Origin: Aurantimicrobium sp.
Lineage (GTDB): Bacteria > Actinomycetota > Actinomycetes > Actinomycetales > Microbacteriaceae
Direction of reading: 5' to 3'
Assembly: GCF_036667855.1 (NCBI RefSeq)
Contig: NZ_JAVWTF010000003.1
Span: 6,099-70,098 of the forward strand
DNA length: 64,000 bases
This document shows, in pieces, positions 17,060 through 26,177 of this stretch. Each line of letters starts with the position of its first letter. Within the stretch, counting starts at the first letter, position 1. The notes under the pieces were generated by a model that searched no databases, was not told the DNA's origin, and saw only the letters and a list, made by a program, of their open reading frames with translations. The position numbers and the translations under genes were made by a program.

Positions 17060-17425
17060 CTACTTCTTGGGCCGCAATGACCTGTAGTCCCAGATGATCT
17101 CTGTGCAAAGCCTGAGATAACGACGAAGGTCATCGATATCAACGTCAATGATTTCGTTGTAGGTAATACCGGCAGCACGGTGCTTTCCCATCCCTAGTAG
17201 CCCAGGTTCCCCGAAGTCTTTACCGCTCCAGAACAACACCTTCACACCGTCTTTGTGATCCTGATATCCCACGACAGGAATGTCATCTAAGAACCAGACA
17301 GGTGCACCATGCCACACCTTGTATTCGGCGGTCGGTAGAGCCTGGAGAAACTCTTGGAACAGGAACTCAATCATGGACCTGTTGGGTCCTTGAACGTTGA
17401 AGTTGTAATCCAGAACGCTGTTCAT
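17060..17425 (-). CDS. DUF1801 (YdhG-like) domain protein
   Basis: KVWHGAPVWFLDDIPVVGYQDHKDGVKVLFWSG pattern typical of DUF1801. Confidence 0.55.
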   Translation of the reverse strand: MNSVLDYNFNVQGPNRSMIEFLFQEFLQALPTAEYKVWHGAPVWFLDDIPVVGYQDHKDGVKVLFWSGKDFGEPGLLGMGKHRAAGITYNEIIDVDIDDLRRYLRLCTEIIWDYRSLRPKK

Positions 17426-17449
17426 AGCTTCAGACTACGCTTGTCATCA

Positions 17450-17656
17450 ATGATTAACATGAGCCCACGAATAGCAAAGATTCTTCACTTGTCACTCCTT
17501 GCGGTTGCAGGAGTATTGATTGCGATACAGATTTTCCAGATTGTCTCGGGCTCCAAAGTGGATCAGGTGATTGCCTGGGCGGCAATTATCTTGATTCTTC
17601 TCGATCTCTTTATTTCGCGGATGAATTCCACAAAGTCCAAACAATCTGAGGACTAA
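17450..17656 (+). CDS. Small membrane protein (2 TM)
   Basis: Two hydrophobic helices. ATG 17450 avoids overlap with the convergent upstream gene. Confidence 0.4.
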   Translation: MINMSPRIAKILHLSLLAVAGVLIAIQIFQIVSGSKVDQVIAWAAIILILLDLFISRMNSTKSKQSED

Positions 17657-17922
17657 TGTCTTCTCGTTCGATGCGTGACAAGAATGGAAATCTTCGTCGC
17701 AAACTGGTGGAGATGCCCGCAGATGTGAAACTCGCTCTCGAGCAAACGGGGCTGAGGGCAGACTATGACCACAGACCTGCCTATCAACGTAATGATTACT
17801 TAGCGTGGATTACTCGTGCGGTACGAACAGAGATCAGACTTAAGCGTTTGAATCAGATGTTGGATGAGCTTAAGAAGGGTGGTGTCTATATGCGAATGGA
17901 CCACCCAGCTTCCAAAAAATAG
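17656..17922 (+). CDS. YdeI/OmpD-associated (OmdA-like) family protein
   Basis: RPAYQRNDYLAWITRAVRTEIRLKRLNQMLDELKKG matches the YdeI C-terminal domain pattern. Confidence 0.6.
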   Translation: MSSRSMRDKNGNLRRKLVEMPADVKLALEQTGLRADYDHRPAYQRNDYLAWITRAVRTEIRLKRLNQMLDELKKGGVYMRMDHPASKK

Positions 17923-17945
17923 TTACGATTCGCTATATTTTGTAT

Positions 17946-18452
17946 ATGGCCATAACAAGTGCGGAAATACTCAAGGCCGCACGCCGCACAGCTCATCTGA
18001 CTCAGAGTGAACTAGCTGTGCGAGCTCATATAACTCAAAGCGTAATCAGCGCCTACGAATCTGGCCGTAGAGAACCTGCTCTCAGCACTTTAATGAAATT
18101 GGTTGAAGCTGCTGGCTGCGATATGAATATTGGTCTAGAACTCCGAGTTGTCCCCATTCCAGATTTCTTAGGACTTCTCCACCGCAACAAGAACAAGATC
18201 ATGAATCTGTGCAGAAATGCGGGAGTATCCAACATGAGAATTTTTGGAAGTGTAGCCCGAGGTACTGCAACAAAAGACAGTGATATCGACTTGGTTGTTG
18301 ACATATCTTCCGACATGGGCTTATTGGGGCTGATGAAACTTGAGGGTGATATTCAAGAACTTCTTGGGGTGAAGGTTGATTTGATTCCTTCAGAGGGACT
18401 CAAGTCTCACATGAAGCAGGAAGTTCTGAACGAGGCAATCCCTTTTGGTTAG
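17946..18452 (+). CDS. mntA: XRE-HTH fused to a minimal nucleotidyltransferase (MntA-type antitoxin)
   Basis: N-terminal LTQSELAVRAHITQSVISAYESGRREP (XRE HTH). C-terminal GSVARGTATKDSDIDLVVD (GSxxRG..DxD NTase). Confidence 0.8.
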   Translation: MAITSAEILKAARRTAHLTQSELAVRAHITQSVISAYESGRREPALSTLMKLVEAAGCDMNIGLELRVVPIPDFLGLLHRNKNKIMNLCRNAGVSNMRIFGSVARGTATKDSDIDLVVDISSDMGLLGLMKLEGDIQELLGVKVDLIPSEGLKSHMKQEVLNEAIPFG

Positions 18453-18792
18453 GGATGCTTTTGCCCGTTATCTAGATATTCAGCAGGCTTGTGCGGTTAT
18501 CCAACAATATGCAAACGAGCCACATATCGATAAGGGCCTGCGTTTTGATGCAATCAGAATGCGCCTTGTGGAAATAGGGGAAGCAGCAAAGGGTCTGGAT
18601 ATGGAACAAAGACTGTCTGCACCTGAAATCCCGTGGCAATTGATCACAGGGATGAGGGATCATTTAGCACACCGATACTGGGACACGGCAGAGCCGATTG
18701 TCATGAACGCGGCATTGAATGAAATCCCGTTATTGCTCGAGGCTGTTACTCAACTCATTGAGAAACACGAAGCCGACCCAAGGCAAGAATAG
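18445..18792 (+). CDS. hepT: HepT (DUF86) RNase toxin
   Basis: Rx4HxY motif RDHLAHRY. 8-nt overlap with the NTase gene. TTG start. Confidence 0.8.
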   Translation: MVRDAFARYLDIQQACAVIQQYANEPHIDKGLRFDAIRMRLVEIGEAAKGLDMEQRLSAPEIPWQLITGMRDHLAHRYWDTAEPIVMNAALNEIPLLLEAVTQLIEKHEADPRQE

Positions 18793-18795
18793 GAA

Positions 18796-19824
18796 TTAGT
18801 ACCAGTAGTCCTTGCGCAGGCGCGAGTAAAGGCCAAGAAACTTGGTCTCGAACTTGTTCCACAGCTTCTGCTTAGAGTTCAACGGATACTCAAAGGCGGG
18901 CATGTAGGTGTCGACGTTTGAGTTGAAGCCGGTCTTGAAGTGCCAGAGGCCTTCCATAGCGCCTGCAGTGATGTTCTCAGGATCTGGAACGTTACCCAGG
19001 TCATAGGCTTCAAAGCCTTCGGCTTTGAGATCGCGCATGATGGTCCACTGCATGAGGTGAGGTGCTGGCAGGCGCTTCTGGGTGCGAATAGAGCCGCCGT
19101 CTTTGTACCAGGCCTTTTTGCCGAAGGTGAAGACGACAGCTGCGGCAATGAGGGTGCCCTCATGGTGAGCCATGTAGAGACGAGCCTGTCCTGCTTCGTC
19201 GAAGGTGCCCCATGCTTTGCGGAGGTAATCCTCGGAACGGAAGAAGGCCCCAGAGCGATCTTTGGTGCCACCGACCAGTTCGAGGAGTTGACCAATGTTC
19301 TTTTCCTCGAAGGGAACACGGTTGACCTCAATGTCTGCCTTCATGGCAAAGCGAAGGTGGTTGCGCGCCTTGGGGCCAAAGTTCGCAAACATGGTTTCTT
19401 CATCAGGGGTGAGATCCACAGTGACTGACCACTGATACTGAGAAGGGTAGGCCTCGACCCAGCCATTGCTCTTATACGCAGCAATGAGTTCAGGGTCGCT
19501 CTGCTGATAGGTCTCGATCTTGTATGCGAGGTTCTTACCCCCACGCAACTTCTTGGCGTGCTCGGTGAGAACCTTCACCTTGTCTGGCGTAATGCCGGAG
19601 ACGCGGGGGGCGTGGATCAAGTTGCCCAAGCCAAAGGCGGGACGAGTGAACTCTTGAACGGCAAGAACTTCCTCACCGGCGGCGTTGGTCAAGTGCTGAC
19701 CGGAGGGTTCCCAACCGGAACCCGTCTTGAACTGTGCCCAAGCCAGAGACTGCATGAAGTGAGGGTGGTGTTGCGTGCGCAACACAGCGTCATTCCATGA
19801 TTCTGGGGACTGTGAGCCGGTCAT
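18796..19824 (-). CDS. FemAB-family peptidoglycan interpeptide-bridge aminoacyltransferase
   Basis: FMQSLAWAQFK..., about 340 aa GNAT-duplication architecture typical of the FemABX family. Confidence 0.75.
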   Translation of the reverse strand: MTGSQSPESWNDAVLRTQHHPHFMQSLAWAQFKTGSGWEPSGQHLTNAAGEEVLAVQEFTRPAFGLGNLIHAPRVSGITPDKVKVLTEHAKKLRGGKNLAYKIETYQQSDPELIAAYKSNGWVEAYPSQYQWSVTVDLTPDEETMFANFGPKARNHLRFAMKADIEVNRVPFEEKNIGQLLELVGGTKDRSGAFFRSEDYLRKAWGTFDEAGQARLYMAHHEGTLIAAAVVFTFGKKAWYKDGGSIRTQKRLPAPHLMQWTIMRDLKAEGFEAYDLGNVPDPENITAGAMEGLWHFKTGFNSNVDTYMPAFEYPLNSKQKLWNKFETKFLGLYSRLRKDYWY

Positions 19825-19843
19825 TGCTCAAGTATCTCGCAGG

Positions 19844-20482
19844 TCAGTCTGTGCGCTGGGGTGACTCCCCGGCATCGAGACCATCAAGGAAGCGGTTACC
19901 GCCAGCGCAGATTGCCAGCGCAGTTTCGATGAGGGTTTCGAGGTCTTCGGATTCGAGCATGGTGTGCTGTTCCTGAGGAGGAACAGGGAGCATGGCCGCC
20001 AATTGCCAGATAGCAGCAACGGGCTCTTCAGAAACTTCCGTATCTGGCTCCCACATCATCTCGCCATAAGCACTGGCTCGGGTGAGGAGTCCACGAACTT
20101 CTAATTCAAGAGACATTTTTTGAGAATCAAACTTCTCATCCCAAACCAGATCTGGCAGGTAAGCCACCTCGGCACGAGGATAGGGGTCAGCTTCCAGCCA
20201 CTTGGTAATGACAAATCTCTTGGTGCCCGTGGCGGTGATGCCCAGGTGTTCATCGGTCATGCCAAAGTCTTCGACTTTAGCCACGGTGCCAATGGTGAGG
20301 CGTTCAGGTTGTTCACCGGCAGCTACGCGTTGCGGATAGAGGGGAACACCAAAGATGGGGTTCTCAGATCCCACAAGGTCACCCATGAGCTTGAGATAGC
20401 GAGGTTCAAATACGCGCAACGCCAAAGGCATGTAGGGCATCAACACTGACCCCACAGGAAATTGGGGCAGGACTAAAGCCAT
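19844..20482 (-). CDS. LON substrate-binding (Lon N-terminal) domain protein
   Basis: LPQFPVGSVLMPYMPLALRVFEPRYLKLM signature of the Lon N-domain. Confidence 0.75.
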   Translation of the reverse strand: MALVLPQFPVGSVLMPYMPLALRVFEPRYLKLMGDLVGSENPIFGVPLYPQRVAAGEQPERLTIGTVAKVEDFGMTDEHLGITATGTKRFVITKWLEADPYPRAEVAYLPDLVWDEKFDSQKMSLELEVRGLLTRASAYGEMMWEPDTEVSEEPVAAIWQLAAMLPVPPQEQHTMLESEDLETLIETALAICAGGNRFLDGLDAGESPQRTD

Positions 20483-20488
20483 GAGGGC

Positions 20489-20959
20489 TTATTCGTCTTC
20501 AGAGACCCAGAGTTCGTCGTCGGCGCGGAAGGTCTGCCAGACAACGTAACCAATACCCAGAAGTGCTGCGATACCAATACCAGCAGCAATGTACTTACCC
20601 GCGCTCGACGAAGCAGCAGGGGCAACAACTTTCTTGCCCGCAGTGAGCTTGGCAACCTGCTTGGTCACTTCCTTCACACGCTTGTCGCGAGCGGCGTCAA
20701 TGACAGACAGAGTTGAGCCAATAACGGAGGCAACGGTGGGGAGCACTTCATCGACGAGCTTGTCGCGAGTGGTCTGTGCAGCTACGCGAGTTCCTCTGGC
20801 CACGCGAGGGAAAACCTCTTCGCTGGTGACCCGGCCGAGTTCACGGCTTGCTTCACGCACTACCGAGCCAGCGTGCGCGAGAACGCGTTGCTGTTCGTGC
20901 AGGAGTTCTTCTGCGTGTGCCTTGAGTGCTTCTGCTTCAGTCATCTTTTTGCGAGCCAT
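20489..20959 (-). CDS. C-terminally TM-anchored protein at the cwsA (Rv0008c) position, divergent from ppiA
   Basis: Coiled N-terminus and a single C-terminal TM (YIAAGIGIAALLGIGYVVW). Assignment is by position only. Start ATG 20959 chosen so as not to overlap ppiA. Confidence 0.5.
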   Translation of the reverse strand: MARKKMTEAEALKAHAEELLHEQQRVLAHAGSVVREASRELGRVTSEEVFPRVARGTRVAAQTTRDKLVDEVLPTVASVIGSTLSVIDAARDKRVKEVTKQVAKLTAGKKVVAPAASSSAGKYIAAGIGIAALLGIGYVVWQTFRADDELWVSEDE

Positions 20960-21059
20960 AGTTACATCTTGCCACTGTTGGCTGTGAATGCCACTAGAGC
21001 TGTTCCCCGGTGAGCGAACGATGAGCATTTTGTGAGGCGCCGTGTGAAAAGATTGAGCC

Positions 21060-21599
21060 ATGTCTATTCACACTGCAGTTGCCACGATGAACACCACTCT
21101 TGGCCCCATCAAGATCAACCTCTACGGAAACCACGCTCCTAAGACCGTGAAGAACTTCGTAGGTCTCGCCACTGGAGATATCGAGTGGACTGACCCCAAG
21201 ACCGGTGCCAAGCGCAACGACCCTCTCTACAACGGCGTTGTCTTCCACCGCATCATCCCCGACTTCATGATCCAGGGTGGCGACCCACTCGGTACCGGTA
21301 CCGGTGGCCCCGGCTACCAGTTCGATGACGAGATTCACCCCGAGCTCAACTTCACCCAGCCCTACATCCTCGCGATGGCTAACGCTGGAACCTATGGCGG
21401 TAAGGGAACCAACGGTTCTCAGTTCTTCATCACCACTGCTCCCACGACCTGGTTGCAGGGCAAGCACACCATCTTCGGTGCTGTGGAAGATGAAGCCAGC
21501 CGTGCCATTGTTGACCAGCTGGGCAATGTTTCGACCGATGGTCGCGACCGCCCCCTGGATGACGTCGTGATCGAGTCGATCACCATCGAGCAGGTCTAA
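21060..21599 (+). CDS. ppiA: Cyclophilin-type peptidyl-prolyl cis-trans isomerase
   Basis: FHRIIPDFMIQGGDP, GPGYQFDDE, MANAG..NGSQFFIT. Confidence 0.95.
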   Translation: MSIHTAVATMNTTLGPIKINLYGNHAPKTVKNFVGLATGDIEWTDPKTGAKRNDPLYNGVVFHRIIPDFMIQGGDPLGTGTGGPGYQFDDEIHPELNFTQPYILAMANAGTYGGKGTNGSQFFITTAPTTWLQGKHTIFGAVEDEASRAIVDQLGNVSTDGRDRPLDDVVIESITIEQV

Positions 21600-21605
21600 C
21601 TCTTC

Positions 21606-22487
21606 GTGAGTAACGAAACAGGCTTTGGGGCTACCGCTGAGGAAGCCCCTTCCTGTTACCGCCACCCGGATGCACCGACCTTTATTCGGTGCCAGCGCTG
21701 CGAACGCCCGGTGTGTGTGCAGTGCCAGATTCCGGCACCAGTTGGCGTGATCTGCCCTGAGTGTTTAGGCCAAGCACAAGCGCGTGCACCCCGCGTGGGG
21801 CGTGAGGCATTGGGTGGCCGCAGTAACCAAACGCCAGTCGTGACCTATTCGCTGATTGCCATCACAGCGTTGTTCTATCTGATTCAGTGGATTCCTGGTT
21901 TAGGAGCAACAAATTACTTGGCCTATTCGCCGCTGTATAGCTATGGCGAATACGCAGCCGTCGGGGCTCCCTATGAGCCCTGGCGCATGATTACCTCTGT
22001 TTTTACGCACTCAACAGGCTTTGTTTTCCACATCTTGCTGAATATGTATACGTTGTGGATTTTCGGGCAAATGCTCGAGCGTTTGCTCGGCAGGGCACGT
22101 TTCCTCACCCTCTACTTAGCTTCTGGACTTGCTGGTTCCTTGGGAGTGATGTTCTGGGCGCCTCACGACACCTTTGTTGTTGGTGCATCAGGAGCGATCT
22201 TTGGTTTGATGGGCGCCTTCTTAGTGATCCAACGTAAGCTCGGCGGCGAAACTACCCAGTTATTAGTGCTGGTGGGCATCAACTTAGTCATTGGCTTTTT
22301 GCCGGGCATGAGTATCTCCTGGCAAGCGCACTTGGGTGGTTTGCTGGGCGGAGCCCTGCTGGGCTTTATCTTCGTCCAGACTCGGAAATACACCCAAAAG
22401 AGACTTCAACTGGCTTTAGTCAGCGTGACAGTGCTCGTTTTTGTGGCATTAGCTCTCTCTCATGCCCCCATGTTTGTGCAGGGTTAA
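21606..22487 (+). CDS. Rhomboid-family intramembrane serine protease with N-terminal zinc ribbon
   Basis: CYRHP..CQRCERPVCVQC, GASGAIFGL (catalytic Ser), AHLGG (His). Confidence 0.9.
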   Translation: MSNETGFGATAEEAPSCYRHPDAPTFIRCQRCERPVCVQCQIPAPVGVICPECLGQAQARAPRVGREALGGRSNQTPVVTYSLIAITALFYLIQWIPGLGATNYLAYSPLYSYGEYAAVGAPYEPWRMITSVFTHSTGFVFHILLNMYTLWIFGQMLERLLGRARFLTLYLASGLAGSLGVMFWAPHDTFVVGASGAIFGLMGAFLVIQRKLGGETTQLLVLVGINLVIGFLPGMSISWQAHLGGLLGGALLGFIFVQTRKYTQKRLQLALVSVTVLVFVALALSHAPMFVQG

Positions 22488-22546
22488 CAACAAAAGTTAT
22501 CCACATGGTTGTCCACATGGGGAGAATTACACGAGTGTAATTAGAG

Positions 22547-22801
22547 TTAGCGCCACCGTGTGGTCATCAGGAAGCCGATGAAGGCAATGCCGAATCCGAC
22601 CAGGATGTTCCAGGAACCGAGGGCCAGGATGGGCAATGTTCCCTGGCTGATGTAAAACACAATGATCCAGACCAAGCCGATCAGCATGAAGCCGAACATA
22701 ACGGGCTTGAACCATACGGGGTTCGGTGCGTCTGCGCCGCTCGCCTCGGGGTTACGAGGAGCCTTTGTGCGCTTCTTCTTTTCTGCAGCCATAGTGCTCA
22801 A
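22547..22801 (-). CDS. crgA: Cell division protein CrgA
   Basis: NPVWFKPVMFGFMLIGLVWIIVFY...NILVGFGIAFIGFLMTTRWR; conserved position. Confidence 0.9.
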   Translation of the reverse strand: MSTMAAEKKKRTKAPRNPEASGADAPNPVWFKPVMFGFMLIGLVWIIVFYISQGTLPILALGSWNILVGFGIAFIGFLMTTRWR

Positions 22802-22863
22802 AAGTCTACCCTTTCTTCAGCTGCTCCACAGGATGGGTCAGTTCTGACGGGTAAAGTTGATAC

Positions 22864-23595
22864 GTGTTCAAGCCAGCAACTCTCTCCCGCGTCATGGGCA
22901 TTGTTGGCGAACTCCTCATCACCTTCGGTGCCATAGTTCTGTTGTTTTTGGCATGGCAGTTGTGGATCAACAATGCAGTTGTTGCAGATCAACAACACAA
23001 GGCTTCTCAAGAACTCACTCAAGAGTGGTCTACGGATAAAGATAAAACGGCCTCAGCACCCGCCAATGAAGACTTTGGCCCGGCACCTGCCTTTGCTGGC
23101 GTGGGTGAAGGCGCCAAGTTCGCCACTATCTATATCCCTCGCTTGGGTTCGGATTCCACACGCGTTGTGAAAAACGGAATCGACCTCCCAACCATTTTGA
23201 ATAACGGATATTACGGTCATTACCCCGACACTCAATGGCCAGGTCAGCCAGGCAACTTTGCGGTGGCGGTTCACCGCACCAACTGGGGAAGTCCGTTTGG
23301 TGACGCACCCAAACTTCAAGTCGGCGACAAGATTTACGTTGAAACCGCTGATGGCTATTACACCTATGCGTTCCGCAACTATGAGTTTGTTCTTCCTTCT
23401 GCGGTGGATGTTCTGCTTCCCGTTCCTGGAACGAATGAATCTCCAGGTGATCAAAGCATTTTGACTATCACCACCTGCAACCCCCTCTTGGGTGCTGCAG
23501 AACGCATGATTGTCTACAGCGTTTTGGAATCGTGGCGACCACATTCTGCTGGTCCTCCAGCAGAAATGGCGAAGACGCAGAAGGTGGAGTCCTGA
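22864..23595 (+). CDS. Class E sortase
   Basis: N-terminal TM, HRTNWG (His), LTITTCNP (TxxTC catalytic Cys). Confidence 0.85.
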   Translation: MFKPATLSRVMGIVGELLITFGAIVLLFLAWQLWINNAVVADQQHKASQELTQEWSTDKDKTASAPANEDFGPAPAFAGVGEGAKFATIYIPRLGSDSTRVVKNGIDLPTILNNGYYGHYPDTQWPGQPGNFAVAVHRTNWGSPFGDAPKLQVGDKIYVETADGYYTYAFRNYEFVLPSAVDVLLPVPGTNESPGDQSILTITTCNPLLGAAERMIVYSVLESWRPHSAGPPAEMAKTQKVES

Positions 23596-23753
23596 TGTAT
23601 GCAGCGTTATGGCGAGTATTGCCCGGCAGCCTCTGGATCAAGATTGCGATCTTGACGGCGACTGCCGCAGTAGTGATCACCGTGTTGATGATGTTTGTGT
23701 TCCCAGCTGTGGATACGGCAATTACCGTGCGAGAGGTTACGGTTAACCAATGA
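23595..23753 (+). CDS. Small membrane protein (52 aa) coupled to sortase (TGATG)
   Basis: Hydrophobic stretch IKIAILTATAAVVITVLMMFVF. Start overlaps the sortase stop and its end overlaps the trpG start. Confidence 0.45.
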   Translation: MYAALWRVLPGSLWIKIAILTATAAVVITVLMMFVFPAVDTAITVREVTVNQ

Positions 23754-24382
23754 CCAGGATCTTGGTAATCGATAACTACGACAGCTTTGTGTATACCCTC
23801 AACGGGTATTTGCAGGAGCTCGGTGCCGAAACCGTTGTTGTGCGCAATGACCAAATTCCTCTAGCCAAGCTAGATGCCACTCTGGCAGAGTATGACGGGG
23901 TACTGGTTTCACCAGGCCCCGGTAAGCCCTCAGATGCTGGTGTTTCTATTGCTGCCGTGCACTCCGCACGTAAGCAAGGTATTCCGCTGCTGGGTGTGTG
24001 CCTCGGCCACCAGGCCATTGGTGAAGCTTTTGGTGCAACGGTGACCAATGCCGAAGAGCTTATGCACGGGAAGACGTCACTGATCACGCACAACGACAGC
24101 ACGCTGTACACCGCCGTGCCCCAACCCTTCACGGCAACCCGTTACCACTCGCTTGCCGTGGTGAATGAGACAGTTCCTGCTGAACTGGTCGTCACCAGCT
24201 CAACGGCGGGGGGAGTCATCATGGGACTTCAGCACACCGAAGCACCGATTTATGGCGTTCAGTTCCACCCGGAGTCAGTCTTGACCGAAGGCGGCTACAC
24301 CATGCTCGGCAACTGGTTGGAAGTGTGTGGACTTGAGGGCGCAGCGAAACTGGCTCTGACGAAGAGCCCACTCATCCGCTAG
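23750..24382 (+). CDS. trpG: Glutamine amidotransferase, anthranilate/PABA synthase component II
   Basis: IDNYDSFVY, LLGVCLGHQ (catalytic Cys), GVQFHPES. Confidence 0.9.
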   Translation: MTRILVIDNYDSFVYTLNGYLQELGAETVVVRNDQIPLAKLDATLAEYDGVLVSPGPGKPSDAGVSIAAVHSARKQGIPLLGVCLGHQAIGEAFGATVTNAEELMHGKTSLITHNDSTLYTAVPQPFTATRYHSLAVVNETVPAELVVTSSTAGGVIMGLQHTEAPIYGVQFHPESVLTEGGYTMLGNWLEVCGLEGAAKLALTKSPLIR

Positions 24383-24385
24383 GAA

Positions 24386-26146
24386 CTAACCTGCGCAGTA
24401 GGCAATGGTGACAGGGGTTCCCTGTGACACCACACCGGGAGCAGGAGACTGTGAGCGCACCGTGGGCTGTTCAGCCTTAGCGCAGGTCGTATCTGCCTGA
24501 ACCGTGGGAGTAATCGACAGAGTGCTCAGGAGGTTATTGGCGTCGGTGACCGTCTTGCCCTTGAGGTCTGGAATCTCGATCTTTCCATCTGAGACCAGAA
24601 CGTTCACCTTGCTACCTTGAATGAGTTTCGTACCCAACGTTGGTGTGGTGCTGATAACCAAGCCAGCCGCATACGAAGGAGAGTGACTTTCAGTAGTTGT
24701 GCCAAGAACTAAACCAACTGCTTCCAGTTGAACCTTGGCATCAGCCACCGTCATATCTGCAACCTGGGGAACTTCCACCATGGTCTTGCCCGCAGAGACA
24801 TAAACAGTAATGGGTGTTCCGGGGTCGATCACAGCACCCTTTTCAGGCTCGGTGCGAATGACCTTGCCTTTTTTGACCAGTGCAGAGTTCTCAACCACGA
24901 TGCTCGTAATGAGATCTAGATCTTGAAGTTCTTTGACGGCATCCTTCTCGGCAACGTTCTTGAGCGTGGGAACGGTCACGGTTGAGGAGGGGAAAATATT
25001 GGTCGGCTGCAAAGTTGCAACCCAGAGACCCATACCGGCGATAGCGCCAAAGACCAAAGCAATAACGGCAACGGCAGTAATGACTCGCTTGCGTTCAGGA
25101 CGGAATTGCTCAGGCTGAATCAGCGTGGGGGCAGTTTGGGGGTCATCACCAAAGAGGAAAAGGAAATCGTCAGGGAGTTCTGAAATTGAGTCAGATTTTT
25201 CAGCAGCTGGTTCTGAAATGGGTGAACCCAATAAAGAATCAACGTCATTCTCGACGACCGGCTGTGCTTTCACGGCCTTAGGCGCAGTTGCCTTTGCTGC
25301 TTCTGCTAAACGCAACTCTCGCCCAAATTCAGCAGTTGTCTGAAAGCGGTCAACTTTGTCCTTGGCCAATGCCGTGAATACGACCTGGTCAAGCGCAAGC
25401 GAAACCTTGGGGTTGATGGAGCTAGGTGCTGGGGGGTGAGCATGAATGTGTTGGTGGGCAACCGCAACAGCAGTGTCACCGGTGAAAGGAATCTTGCCGG
25501 TCAACATTTCAAACAGCACGATGCCAATGGCGTAGATGTCTGTGCGAATATCGACCTTCTGACCCTGAGCTTGTTCAGGAGAGAAGTAGGCCGCTGTGCC
25601 CAAGATGGATGTTGTAGTGGCGATGTCATCAAAGGTTTCTGCCACAGCACGGGCAATACCGAAGTCGAGAACCTTCACCTTGCCAGCACGCGTGAGCATG
25701 ATGTTGTCCGGCTTGATATCGCGGTGAACGATTCCTTTGTTGTGGGCAAATTCAACAGCAGAAAGCAATTCCTTTGTCACACGAATTGCCTCAGGAACCT
25801 TGAGGGGTCCTCGGGCAACGAGTTTGGAGAGCTCCAGGCCATCCACGTATTCCATGACGAGGAACGCATAGGTGTGCTTGACGCCATTCTCATCTGTCTC
25901 AGTGGTCTCACCGGCGTCTAACACCTGGACGATGTTGGGGTGATCCATTGAGGAAGCAGACTTAGCTTCCTGCTTGAAGCGCTGGCTGAACTTCTTGTTT
26001 GCAGCAAGTTCCTCATTGAGAACCTTAATGGCAACTTTGCGTCCAAGGACAGAATCATGCGCCACATAGACATCTGCCATCCCACCGCTGCCTATGAGCT
26101 TGGTGAGTTGGTAGCGCCCAGAAATGACCTTGTTACTCAGTGGCAC
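24386..26146 (-). CDS. pknB: Ser/Thr protein kinase PknB with three extracellular PASTA domains
   Basis: GSGGMADVY, HRDIKPDN, DFGIA, TM segment, then three PASTA-like repeats. Confidence 0.9.
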   Translation of the reverse strand: MPLSNKVISGRYQLTKLIGSGGMADVYVAHDSVLGRKVAIKVLNEELAANKKFSQRFKQEAKSASSMDHPNIVQVLDAGETTETDENGVKHTYAFLVMEYVDGLELSKLVARGPLKVPEAIRVTKELLSAVEFAHNKGIVHRDIKPDNIMLTRAGKVKVLDFGIARAVAETFDDIATTTSILGTAAYFSPEQAQGQKVDIRTDIYAIGIVLFEMLTGKIPFTGDTAVAVAHQHIHAHPPAPSSINPKVSLALDQVVFTALAKDKVDRFQTTAEFGRELRLAEAAKATAPKAVKAQPVVENDVDSLLGSPISEPAAEKSDSISELPDDFLFLFGDDPQTAPTLIQPEQFRPERKRVITAVAVIALVFGAIAGMGLWVATLQPTNIFPSSTVTVPTLKNVAEKDAVKELQDLDLITSIVVENSALVKKGKVIRTEPEKGAVIDPGTPITVYVSAGKTMVEVPQVADMTVADAKVQLEAVGLVLGTTTESHSPSYAAGLVISTTPTLGTKLIQGSKVNVLVSDGKIEIPDLKGKTVTDANNLLSTLSITPTVQADTTCAKAEQPTVRSQSPAPGVVSQGTPVTIAYCAG

Positions 26147-26177
26147 TGATTCCCCTTGATAAGACTATGTGTCTAAT

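Noticed and set aside
20994-21665. 223-aa minus-strand ORF
   Set aside because: Antisense to ppiA, whose cyclophilin motifs are unambiguous.
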